A stretch of 64,000 bases of DNA from Lingula anatina (GCA_051362555.1 CM120646.1:14260001-14324000), one strand, 5' to 3'. Numbered from the stretch's first letter, positions 23,785 through 37,200 are shown. The notes: generated from the sequence alone by a model not told the origin. Numbers and translations: made by a program.

Positions 23785-26700
23785 GTGAGAACAAGAAGAA
23801 ACTATTTTCTCCGTGCGTCTTGAGTCTGTTCATTCATATGAACACATTGTGTACGCATTGCTTAGGATATTAAACACAAAATGTGCATGTATGTGTGCAC
23901 GCGCATGTGCACAAGTGTGTGTTATATAAAGTTGATTGCCACAGCCGAAATCACCGAATTCATTTCTTAAATTAATAATACTTAAGAATACTGCGGGTGT
24001 TGTATTTACTGTAGTAGAAAGGACATAAATACATATAATGATAATGAAGTTTCTTTTTCCTTGTGTCAAGTATTCCCATATTTTACATTCATTTATATTT
24101 CTAATTAGTATGTGCTTTAATTTTATAATGTGTAACTAGTGATTTTAATTCATTCATTACATTTAATTCATTACTTCGTGTTCTTTAATAGGGATAGTAT
24201 GCAATTGTGCTTTTAAAGAACTCTTTATTGTTACGTATTTGTGATTGTAAGAAATTTCTTTTCATTTATTTTTACTTATTTTAGCACTGTTGAAACGCCA
24301 TTGAACCATGAACACGGAACGTACCGCCTTTCTCAAAAATACACGATATTTTATTACCTTTCAGACAAATCAAAGCAACGAAAAAAGAAGAGCAAGCGCC
24401 CAAGTTTATATCATGTCCGGAATAACCGAAATCAAATTCTTCCTTTAGCTACACTTTGAGACTAAATGCTATATTCCGTAATGGCGATGACAAAGGCACG
24501 TTTTCTTTGCCACTGTTGTATTTTTTGGGCTGAACTGCCAAATTTACATGGTATATAATGTTACAAAGGCAAGAATGTCGTCTCCTTTTCTTACGAAAAA
24601 GTTCTAGAAAATGTATATGAAATGCCAATAATGTTCTAGTAATGTGAACATCAATACATCAAAGATTGTCATAAATTTTACTTGTTCTTTGAAATGCACC
24701 AATAAATTGCTTTGCAAAACCAAACTATTTCCGTTTACATTGTTTTGTGTTGAAACTAATAATATCAAAATAAACATAAATACTTACAAATTCGGAGGTC
24801 GTCTTGAACATTCTAAGACACATCCCAGTCAGACGGCCTTCGTCCAATTTGCCGTAAATAAACTTCACTGCTGTCTTCCCTGTTTACAATTACCATCTTT
24901 ATGTCCCTCAAATCATCAACTTGTTTTTTTTAATTTCATTTCCGTCTAGAAATAGATTTCCAAAAAGACAATGGACATTTCTGATTATATCAGACGAATT
25001 TAAAGAATACGCATTGAATTTCATTCTACCAAATGGAAAAGATTATAGGGGCGTTCAGTCTTTACTTAAAACGTAATCTAAACACACTGTAATCGACTAC
25101 AGTATCCAATTATTTTAATATCAGAAGAAATAATTGAATGGATAATCTTTAAAAATATATGATATTTTAAAGAAAATTGAAAAAAAGCGACCAATTTTAC
25201 ATTTAATACTGAAATTAGACATATACTATGCCTTATTGAAATATAACTAATGTAATTAAAATAATCTTAATATTTTAAATGAAAAGTGTACAAAACATAT
25301 TTTTTATGGGTTTTATACTCCAAATAAAAATATTAGTGTTCACTGTTCATTATATTCGACAATCCAGTCATAACCTTGGTTGCCGTTAGTGGGTAATAAT
25401 CGTCGGACCCACAGATCGGTGCTTTGCATAATGCTAATAGATAAATCTGTGCTAACTTAAATTTTCCACGCTCATTCTATTGGTGGGGAAGTTCGTCCGG
25501 GCTATAAGTCAGCTTTCCACTAGTGCACCTGCACGTTTTGCGGAAATGTTGATTTTCCTGTTTATTGATAAAGAAGAAGTATGCGGTAAACATATATATA
25601 CATGAAAAACTACTCTCCATCGTTGCATATGTACGCTTTGCTAAAATGTTGATGTTTCTGTTTCCTGTTTTCTTTTTTCGTTTTTTTTTAATAAAAAAGA
25701 ACTCCATTTTTAAACATAAATACATAAAAAAGGGTGCATAGAACAAAATGAAAAACGTATAATAAAGTAAAAAAAGTAAAAAAAAAACAATGTTAAAAGA
25801 GATTAGCACTAACAAATTATGACAATTAAGGAAAAACTGCAAGTGCAGCTCCATGTAATTAGATGTCATTCAGAGCTGTGCACTCATGCACTAATGACCC
25901 GCTAGTTGCTGAAGATGACGTGTCCTTTGGTCAATTTGATTTCATTCAGAAAGAGTCCCCGCGGAGTTGGATCAATCTATGTAGAACGATAGTTTCAATG
26001 GGAATAAGCCCTTGGACATTGGCAATTGCCCTTCATCAACGTTACTTTGATCTGGATACTGGGTGACAGATGCTTTGCTTCATCAAAATTTGAGCTTAAA
26101 AAAACAAAAACAAAACGTCTTCAATACAGTTGCATACAACTTCGAGTGCTTCCGACTTCAGGTATAATTTCATATTTTCAAACTTTTCCTGCAGCACTAT
26201 TATTTGTTAACATACCTTTTGCCACCTGCTCTTAGAGAAACTACACTTTTCGTGATATCACAAGAATTGTAACAGGACCAGACTTTTTAAACACTTTCAA
26301 TCCCGACACCACACTTTGCCTCGCCTATCTTGTTTACATATAAACACACAATCCCGTAGAATGCCATTGGGTCCTCGTGTGTCTCAAAATAGCTGACATA
26401 TGTAATTGGATATTTGTTGGCCGTTACATGATGTATGTGTACCCCCTCTGTCCAAAATTTCATCCTGTGTCAAGTTGGGGGTGTGAAAGATGGGAAAAAA
26501 GTGCCTTGTCATCAATATTTTCAACCCTTGCAAATTAATGGCACATGGGGAATAAAAGGCCAAACGATATTGTGATAGAGGTGAAGACGTTTTAGAAAAT
26601 TATTGTACCCAGTACTTTATGGTATTCAAGATGGATAAGAGTTGAGAAAAAAAGTTCATTTTAATGATTTTCCCCGTTTTCATTCAGCTGACAAGGCCTT

Positions 26701-26961
26701 GAAGAGAGCTGTTTTTCATATAGTTGTATGTCAGGGCCAATTCAGTCCGTCTGGCTGCTGTATACTTCAAATAAATATTACAACTTCATATTAACGCGAG
26801 TAAATAATGAGCATTGTATTTATTTACATCAATTATTCTGTTGTCTGACGATCCGCCATTATCATTCATGTACAGTATTTGGTTGCTAAGAACTTTGAAA
26901 ATATTTAACTTCGCGTAAACCTTGGACTTAGATAAAAGTCTGTGTACCGGTCCCCGACCGG

Positions 26962-27126
26962 TGTAAACGGCAGACACGTCCGCCCGCTTCCTTAGGAATA
27001 GTAGTCCTTATGGGACCTGTATTCCTGACGTAAAAATGGATAGGATTTCTATTCCTGACGGTCCTGCATTCCGTTTATCTAGGACTTGCATTCCCAGGAG
27101 TTACTAGGACTACCATTCCTTCCACA
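26962..27126. mobile_element. Ginger1-like MITE (TGT...ACA termini, CCGG target duplication)
   Basis: Flanked by CCGG at 26958-26961 and 27127-27130. The paralogous empty site at about 21060 (accgaCCGGcagtggc) has a single CCGG. The right end ctaccattcc..cacaccgg matches the 40013 element. Confidence 0.75.
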
Positions 27127-28380
27127 CCGGCAGTGGCTTCAAACTATTCACGGTTCTGCAACGCTGAGTCCGACGCTAATATCACTGTGTATTACATGTA
27201 ATCTCCGTTCCAACGTAAGATCCAGTATAAGATGTAATTTTCTAATTATCTCAGTATAATATAACTGGATGAATCAAAATTTCACTTTGAAACCTAGTTG
27301 TTAAGATTTAAATGAAACACGTAGACACTGTTTTTTTCTTTCTTTTTTCTTTTTTTTTTTAAGAAAACGATAGTAGTAAGGCCAATACTAGTATCAGTTG
27401 TTTACAAGGGATTGCCGAGAAAAAGCGTCAGTGATAATGAAAACACCAAAACAATACACAAATTATATCAAATATGCTAGTATACACAAATATACTGGTG
27501 GATAACGTGCTTAATGAAACAAACGTACAAAAAGACCAAAAAAAAAAGACTTACATGTGTACAACGTTGTTCTATCCTGCATATTTTTACGAGCATCAAT
27601 CTCGCCTGGGCCACAATTTTGTGAATACTGGAAGTGGATTTGATAAACGTTGGCGGTGTACTATATATGGCACAAACAAGTGCGTTATCTCCTGATCACG
27701 GGGTTACGAACTTACCAAATGATGCATTTTAATTTTTCACTATAAATTAACTGTATGGTGTAATTTTAGTGTTGCGGTTATAATGTCTATATTCAATTTT
27801 ACGATTTGTTCTGGTCACGTAAGATAGCTAACAGTATTTTCAGTGAAAATGATAGGTGTACCTTTCCTAAATATAGTGCTTGGTTCATAATGAAGAGTCT
27901 TACTCGAAAATATCTTAAATGTCCATTGTGTAAATTTCTTAATTTATTTTTCTTATTTTTTGTCCTTTGGCATAAATGTCGCATTTAAATCCGCACGATG
28001 CGACACGGGTTTACTTATAAGGATTCATAAGTATCTGTTAGGAAAAAATTGATCATATGGGTATGTTCGGCAACAAGCGTGTTTTCTACTTAGAAGAATT
28101 AACCAACCACTTAATAGCATCGCTAATGATTACCTATAACAAATCACCTTTTGGCATGTTTAGTTTAAGGGAACTCGATACTTATGTAACAGTACCCGTC
28201 TGTCACAACTCTATTACCTACCACTGGCACAAACGGGAACAAGTGATTGTATCGTTGTAATGGCAAATTCAGAAAAACATAAGATGCATTGTTCCATTCC
28301 TGTATAAAACACCAGGAATCAACTGTAGAAAGAGAAAAAGCGAGATTTGTACTTCTTTGTCACATCTCACCGCCAGCGTC

Positions 28381-29155
28381 ATGGGTCGTGTGCGTGCTTT
28401 GTTATTCGCTGCGTTGCTCTGTCTTGTGGTCGTCGGGATAGACGCACAGTTTACAAGTAGGTGATCCTCTACACGGGCTATGAAACTATTTTCTCAATGT
28501 AGTTTACATCATGCTTCACGTTTAAAATCATAACTATAGTACAATGTTGCATCAAAATACAGACGTGTATTTTGGCGTTTTTTTTAGCCATGTCGTAAAA
28601 TTGTACAATAAGCACTATTTGTTCTCCGGGGCTTTTTGTGCCCTAATTGTTGGTTGTCTATAGACTAAAGGGTTCCCTCTCTCTCTCTCTCTCTCTCACC
28701 ATTATTTTAGCTTGTAGAAAACCATGTACATATAAAAAGTAACATATTTAGATCGTTGGGTTGATCGATATAGCAAATAATCATTGGACATGGCATACAA
28801 AATAGGCTTTGAATGGCAAGTCCCCTTCAAAGTGTAAATACCTTTGTTTCTGTGTGTGGTTGCCTTGTTGATATAGAACCATCGGATCAGCGCTGCATCC
28901 AATGTGTGCAATTAAATGTTACAGGTAAAATCACATGTAGTTCGTTATTTTAGGTGGTCTGTAAAATTTGTCCATACCACATGTAGATACACATCTGCAT
29001 GCACTAATTCTTTTGGTAAAAGGATATTTTTCCTCGCCTGCGGTGTTCCAACTCCATGCAAACATAGCTAATTCATTGAAATGAATTTAACATTTAACCG
29101 CCGCTCGATACCAAATATTTCCCAAACACACGCACACACAGACACACACAAGCCC

Positions 29156-29240
<85 letters not shown>

Positions 29241-29782
29241 CTTGAGAGGGGGAAATAAATGAATTGAGTTGATAAATAATAGAAAGCCCACCTTACTGAA
29301 ATGTGTTCATTTCATTTTTTATAGCTCCTAACAGTTGTACCAGAAGCATATGGTGTTGTAAGTATTTTTAGTAATAACTCTTTTCCCATACGTCTAAAAA
29401 CTATTTATGTCAAACAATATATTGAATTTAAAGAAAAACAAGTTGCCATATGTAAGATTATGATTATAAAATAACACGTGTATGATGTTCTTTAGCAATT
29501 GTCTCTGGTGGTATTGCTTTCAAAGAGGTAAACAAATTTAGGAAACACTGAGGTTTATGATATCCCAGGCAATCGAAATGCATCGCCCTACATGTAACTT
29601 GTATGTATTACATAAATAATATTTTAATCCACATCTTTTCAGTTGTTTGCCGTATCTTTTTTGGGGGAACTTGCACAACTCAATGCGTTTTTCCGAGTAG
29701 CAGGATTGCCATTTTTCGGGGCACCAATAACCAGCTCTCTTGCAATTGCTGCAGAAGGTTTTCCTTTCCTGTCATAGGCTAG
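28381..29782 (+). CDS. Secreted 8-Cys cationic peptide, copy E (82 aa); exons 28381-28456, 29325-29357, 29643-29782; non-coding exon from 30259
   Basis: TATAAAA at 28303. Product MGRVRALLFAALLCLVVVGIDAQFTTPNSCTRSIWCFVCRIFFGGTCTTQCVFPSSRIAIFRGTNNQLSCNCCRRFSFPVIG*. Phase-1 GT/AG introns, TAG|gtgaga donor, AATAAA at 30596. Entirely absent from the ORF track. Confidence 0.88.
29159..29238. repeat. (TA)n microsatellite in intron 1 of copy E
   Basis: About 80 bp of pure TA. Confidence 0.95.
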
Positions 29783-32148
29783 GTGAGAACAAAGAGAAAC
29801 TGTTTTATACGCGCATGTTCGTGTCTTGAGTCTGTTTGTTCATTCATGTGAACGCAGTGTATACGCAGTGCTTGGGATATTAAACACAAAATGTGCCTGT
29901 ATGTGCGCGCGCGCACGCGCACGAGTATGTGTTATATCAAGTTGATTGTCACAGCCAAAATCACCCTTACCACTTCTTTAATTTATAATACTTCTAATCA
30001 GTATATGCCTCAAATTTTATAATGTGTAACAAGTGATTTTAATTCATTATGTATATCTTACTTCATGTTTATTAATAGGGGTATTATGCAATTGTAAACC
30101 GCGTTTTTAAAGAACTCTTTATTGTTACGTATTTGTGATTAAAAGAGATTTCTATTCATTTATTTTTACTTATTTTAGCACTGTTGAACCGCCATTGAAC
30201 CATGAACACTGAACGTACAGCCTTTCTCAAAAATACACCATATTTTATTACCTTTCAGACAAATCGAAGCAATGAAAAAAGAAGAGCTAGCGTCCAAGTT
30301 TATATCATGTTCGGAATAACCGATATCAAATTCTTCCTTTAGCTACACTTTGAGAGTAAAAGCTATATTCCGTAGTGGCGATGACAAAGGCACGTTTTCA
30401 TTGCCACTCTTGTATTTCTTTGGCTGAACTGCCAAATTTATATGGTATATAATGTTACAAAGGCAAGAATGACGCCTCCTTTTCTTACCAAAAAAGTTCT
30501 AGAAAACTTATATGAAATGCCAACTATAATCTAGTAATGTGAACATCCATACATCAAAGATTGTAATGAATTTTACTTGCTCTTTAAAGTGCATCAATAA
30601 ATTGCTTTGCAAAACCTTTGTTTTGTTTTTATATTAATAATATCAAAAGAAACATAAATACTTAAAATATCGGAGTTCGTCTTGAAGACACATCCCAGTT
30701 TGAAGGACTTCGTCAAATTTGCTGTAAACTTCACTGTTGTCTTCCATGCTTACATTTACCATCTTCATGCCCCTCAAATTGAGATGAACAGTCAGATAGA
30801 TTGGTTTCCACCATGGAAGAATATCTAGATTAACCTCCACGTTTTCCACTGAACACAATGGATGTGACATGAATAGCTCACCTAACACACTCGTCCCGCG
30901 GTAAATAGTCTTCTAATCATGATAGAATCTGGGATTGTAAGTAAAAGCCGGCGTGTTTCTCTAAAAACATAGGTTTTCCTAAGACGACAAAGTTCACAGT
31001 ACTGACAAATAACATTCAAGAGCTCGTATAACGGAAAGAGTGCTCTTCGCAATAAATTAATCCATATGCGCGTGATCAAAATAATCTTGAATACAATAAT
31101 AAAGCAGGTCCATACCATCCATGAAATATATCCTGCACTGAAAAGTTAAGGTATCCTACACGGGATTTCCGCCCACAATCTAATTTTCCTTGCGATATAA
31201 GCAGTTTTCTTCTACTCATGATTCATTAATCAAAGTTATTGGTTTATGGTTTCCGATTCAACAATTCAGTTCTAAACGAATCGTGATCCCTTTTAGACCG
31301 CCATAGTCTTCTTGGCACTTTTAGAAGGAAATAATGACAGCATGACATCATGTAGATACTTTAATTTAATGAGTTTCATCGTTTTTCAATTCTGACGTAG
31401 GATTTGCACGATATGTTGACATCAACATGCGCCATTGGCATATCAAACGCATATGATATACCTTAACATTTAATTTCTTAAAGGAAATTAATTGAGACAA
31501 TTGTCTGCTTTGGTGATACAAATCATTTTAAGGGTGAAGGGGGTAAATGTATGCATTTTACATGTTTATGAATTTATAATATTCAAAAATGTATCGTATC
31601 TAACGTTGCACAGAACCGTAAGTGACTGACTCGGGTTATCGGACCAATTACAGAGAAAGCGGCCAACAATATTATTTACTATGGTATCGTTTTTTAATCT
31701 GCCTGTCAGCCATTTTCTACGTTTATACACATTTCTAGCTTTCTATCTAACCAACTAATGGCTACGAATGTCCACTACACATGTTAGATAATGGCTCCAA
31801 TTATTTTTGCTCACTGGATGCTGGGAAAACGAACAGACGAATTGAACCGATACAATATCTTTGCCAGAGCTTAATTTCTGCTGAGGCTGATCGGACTTTG
31901 ACGTCGTAGCTTTTAATCAGATAATTCCATAACCGCCAGGCTTTTCTTTTGTTCGCTTCCTTTTACGCAGTCCTTTCGTAAACGAATCGCATGTAGGGGT
32001 TTTATTGCATGTGACCACCTTTTCCAATATCAACATCTATAGTCAACCTGTATAAGAAGCCACCTTAGAATGATCAATAACTCATTCGTGTCTTTGGTCT
32101 CTGAAACACAAACACAGTTATACACGTGTGTCCAGAACTCCGTCCTGT

Positions 32149-34177
32149 ATGTATACAGCACGTTTCTGTGTCCTTTGGAGCGTTCTAACCAATGTCCTGA
32201 GCGTCATATCCAACGGTCCAATATCTATCCGTTGGACAACGCAAGCATTAGGTGACAATAATAACGAGGGCGACAAAACTACTCCTGGAAGTCACCAGGT
32301 ACATACCACCTGGTTGGACGGCTTTGGTGTTCAAGGAACAGATTTGGTACCGCCTCAGGCTGGTTCTGTCGCCGTTTTTGAACCCAACGTTACCACACCC
32401 GTTGGCTCTACCATCCAGAAAAATGGAAGCACAACTGTTACGTCACAGACAGTGGCAAGTTCAAACTTTTTGTCTCCGACCGAAGCAGCAACAACTAACA
32501 CTACGTCGTCAGACTTGACAATGATGCCCGAGGCTGAAAGAGCGACGAATGCTTTCACAGAGAGTAACTGGGAGCAGAATGGATGGCACAGTAGCGGAAA
32601 TCCTAATGAAAGTGATATTACTTTCAAACTAAATGCTACTGATTTTAACAACAGCTTGAGCGGTAGAAACCAGACCGAATTATACATCGCAATTGATTAC
32701 GTAGGTTACGTTGTAGTTCCTTTTCTCCTCCTAATTGGTATCCCAGGGAACCTGTTCACAGTGATCATAATGTCAAGTCGTGAGTTTCGGAGGATGTCGT
32801 CCAGCGTACTTCTGATTGCCCTGTCTTGCTCAGATACCACGTTGATTCTTATGCTGCCGTTCAACAAGACCTTTGCCAAAGATATCCTGGGCGTAGACAT
32901 ACGGTCTCTGTCACAAGTCAACTGTAAAGTATTCTATTACGTGTGGAAAACGGCCAAAATGACTTCCTCTTGGTTCGTTGTATTGTTGACCTGTGAAAGG
33001 TAAGTTAAAGATCATATTAGCGAAAAACATATTTTCTATTTGAAGTGCCACAATTATGGTATTTTTCATACTGTTGCAAAGCCGACAAAATGCATTCTAC
33101 CTGAAGCTTTTGCAGAGCCGATCGGCATTCTCATTCTACTGGTTACTGTCCGGCTGATTTTTCAGCGTGTTCAGTAAAAATGGAGCTACATTCGCCATTT
33201 TCTAGTATCACAACAAAGTGACTTTTCGCAATTTTATATGACATCATTAAAGTGTCTGTTATCTCATATTGTTCTGTGGTACCGTTACTCTGATTGCACC
33301 CTTTGGCACTTAACTTTAAAAATGCAGTGTAATGATTTTTTTTCCTTTTTGAAATCCTAAGTAATTTTGCTATTCTAATCCAGCAATTTAACAAATCACA
33401 TTTTGATTCATTCAAGGCTTGTCTTTCCTATTTCCTTCAGGAAATGCATCAACAGCAAATATGATGTTCTTCTTACAAATGATTAAATAAATCAAATATG
33501 CCCCAACACATTTTGCCTCGAGGCCCAGCAGATTCTAATAAATATGATTAACATCAAAGTGCTAGCACAGGGCAACCGTGACCGCCTTTGTATCCAACCG
33601 TCAATTTACCAAAAGACCGCGTTTGTTCTGCAATGAACGGAAATTGGTTTAAAAAAACAGCACATTTCGAAATGTGTGTCGTCTTTTGAAGCTATGCCGT
33701 TTGGTCCTCGGTTTAATCAGAATAACCTTTAGAAAGCGAAGTGATTTTTATGATAGACAGCATTCAAAGTGAGCTTTCCTGGAGATGTTTTAAGAGATCT
33801 ATAGAAAAAGTTTTGTTTTGTTATCAACATGGAAGCCTGAGTGGGAAGCGAACCCACTGAGTGATGACAGGTTAAGCACCCAAGGACGTTCCCATTCGGC
33901 CAACAAATCAAGATATCTGATATAGTGTTATTGACAATAAATGAGTCCTGTCACACACACCGAAGCTTTACAGAAATAGCCAAAGGCTAGCAAACTACCG
34001 CTACTATATTTCCACTCACCTAAGGTATTGCTAACACCTGTCAGTTGTCAACAGATCGTTGCAGTTTGGGAAAAAACATGAAAAGGATATCTCGGCTGAT
34101 ATCCTGTTACTATATAGATGAAATAATAATATAATATCATGAAAATAGCATTAATAATTCATATTCAAGATATACTC

Positions 34178-34217
<40 letters not shown>

Positions 34218-37200
34218 TATCATTTATATCAGGTATTACATGATAATATCTGCAAAAGTATATAATGAAATTAAAGATATTATTATATTATTACTGTTAT
34301 ATTGAGAACATGTAACGTGAAAACAAACGGGCGTTTTCAAGTATCAGGCCTACCCAACTACCAGACTCGGCACCTACGGATCCAGAATTAACCGGTATAT
34401 CAGACCACACTACCCGTTTTCAAGGTGTGTGTCAGTTCGCATTACAGAGTATCAGCCACCACACCGATTTTGCCTGGTGCGCGATGTGATAGCAATGATC
34501 CTAAGCGGGGCTGGAAAGTAGTGCATCTCATCTATATTCATGCGCTGCCGCAATTTTCCCTGTTTATGCTAAAAATCTGACAATACCGCAAGTTTTAATA
34601 TAAAATTTAGGTTCGAACATAGCCAATGATGTTTTGTAAATAAGAACTTGCAAACTTATATATTAATTTAGAAAAATAGACCTAATTTTGATAGCGGAAG
34701 CATATTCTGTCGGGGTGGAATATTTTCATGACTAGCGGGATGGACGAGATCAGGGGTAATCCTAGAGAGGGGTGAGAAATGTCCATTGTTCTCGTCAGCG
34801 AGGCTGGCTTTTTTCGAGGTATGTACGCACAGACAGAAAACTAAGTATTGTGGGAACGTTACTAATGAAGCCACTGGTAGTACTAGTATTTATCAGCCTG
34901 TAGTCTTGAACAAGCGCCTCGATGACGAGTGAACAGCTGTCAAAAACAAAAGACCCAGGTGTGGTAGTTCAACTACTGTTCATGCGTGCCGCAACGACCA
35001 AACCAAATTGCTCCTCAAGGTCACAATATCCGGTACTGACGGCTAGGCTCGTCTTAATCATATAAGTAGCGCGTTTCCACCCCCTGACGAGATTGAGGGA
35101 GTCGTCTGTCGCCATGCAATGTTGTTGTATTCATACGACTCCTACTTGACGAAAACGAGACGCCATACCCGGATGACAGGTGGGCTTACAAAATTTGTGA
35201 TGGGGTATGATACTCTGTAATGCGATCTGACACACACCTTGAAAACGGTTAGTGTGGTCTGATATACCGGTTTATTCTGGATCCGTAGGTGCCGAGTCTG
35301 GTAGGTAGGTAGGCCTGAGTATTAAGACGCCATGTTCTGCTTTCAGACTACTGGCAGTGTGGGCACCGCTGAAAATCAGATCAATCCATGGCCGGAAGCA
35401 GGCGTTCGTCATGGTTCTATTCAACTACATTTGCATTGGGGGCTATAACCTCGTCTGGGCCATATTTTCGGATACACTGTTAGAGAACGGAGTATGCGTG
35501 GCCAATGCGCCGGTCAGACCTGAGTATAAAAGGCACAGCGAAGTTTTCCTTTTTGCTGGGATAATGATTCTGTCGTTTATTCCAACCGGTAAGTTATGAC
35601 TGGGTAGATGTTACATCCCAGCGTCTTTTATTGAGTGTTTTCAGTGTATTTTAGCTGCATTTCACTCTATTGCAAATATGGTAATGAACAAGGGTCGGGA
35701 GGGTTGACATAAACCTTGGTAACGGGTGAAAATAACTGAAAACCGGGAGGATCTTAACTAAATAATGGGAGTGCCGTTATACTGAAACTGTTCAAGTTGC
35801 ACTTTTACGGAAATATCTCTATGTGAATAAAAGAACCTCAGGGATAGCTACGTGAAAAGCGTATAATATAAGCTCCGTGCGTAAGAGAGTTAAAAGAGTA
35901 TTAACTTTATAAGAATCTTTGCGTACAAAAGAACGGTGAAAATGGGTTTAATTGACTACCATGGATTTGTGACTTGCTACTGACGAGGAATCAATAAAAT
36001 GGTAATGGATAGTTACCCACTCACTGAGACAAGTGAATACTTTTTTAAGATTTATTCAATCTAATAATCGATAAATTCACAAAATATATGTAGTATCTTA
36101 CCAGATTCTCGTGCAGCGTTTCTAGTTTCAATCTTCCGTGCTGCTGACAATGCAATCAAAACAACTGAAAAATGATCGCCTGTCAAAGCTTTTCCATATT
36201 TGATACGGCCGTGATTTACGATTATTTGCTTAATAGGATTACTGACAGGGTTTATGATGATCAGAATACCGAAAATCATTTGTGCATCTAATTAATCAAA
36301 AATACATATACCATTTTGCTGATTAAAAAAAATCGATAATATAAAATATCGGCGATTATGTTTCTTGCTAAGCATGAGCATAAGCACCTCGAACCGGGAT
36401 TACTTCATCCCCGAACAAGATCGTATGACAAAAAGTTGGCATAGGCGACGACACGTGTGTGGGCTTAAATTCAGTGCCGTCACTTTGGTTTAAATGCTTT
36501 TGTCGTGGAGTTGCAATGCTTCATTGAACAAAGGCATTATTTTGCCTTTTTTAACCATTTAGCTTTTAAGAAAAATCACGAGCAGTATTTAAAGTACTCA
36601 ATAATGTCATTAAACAGGTGTTATAACGGGGTTCGTGGGTGGTCAAATAAAGGAAAAATTCGAAAAACTGATTTTGCAATTTTTATCCCAAAATCGCAAT
36701 TATGACGTCATCGGTAAAATGACATTTAGGTAAATACAAAGAAATCTAGTCAATAAACACTGAACATTAATTTATTATCCAAAACAATTGGTTTTTGTCT
36801 AAGAGTGTCCATACCCTTAAGAGAAGATATCCGTAAGACTCAAGTATGTTTTACTACAGCTCAAAAATTTTTTTTCAACTTTTTTGCCCAAACCACCCAA
36901 ACTGATTTACGTCAAAAGCTTTTCTTGTGCTAATCTTAATTTTTAATCGGATGTTCGATGTCCAACCTCCATGCAAAAACATTTTAGAATCTTTGCATGG
37001 ACACGATGTGTCGTCTTTTGAGACCAAAGTCCATCGCTGAACAAAAAAGGAAGGAAATTATTTTGAGCAGTGGCCACCCATAATTGATTCTTACATTAAG
37101 CACACTTGCTGACAGCAATCCTATACTGAAATTGATTCTAATTAAATTGCTCATTAGTTCGCCTCTTATTTTATTAACTGGCGCCATTATCATTCAATTA

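Larger units (their letters stand above)
19850..30780 (+). repeat. Tandem segmental duplication units carrying copies D (about 19850-24910) and E (about 25730-30780)
   Basis: Collinear spacer, promoter, introns and 3' UTR. Shared anchors include gtccccgcggagttggatcaatctatgtagaacgatag (20052, 25955) and ccctcaaat at the right ends (24905, 30771). A third spacer copy lies at about 13310-16560. Confidence 0.9.
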
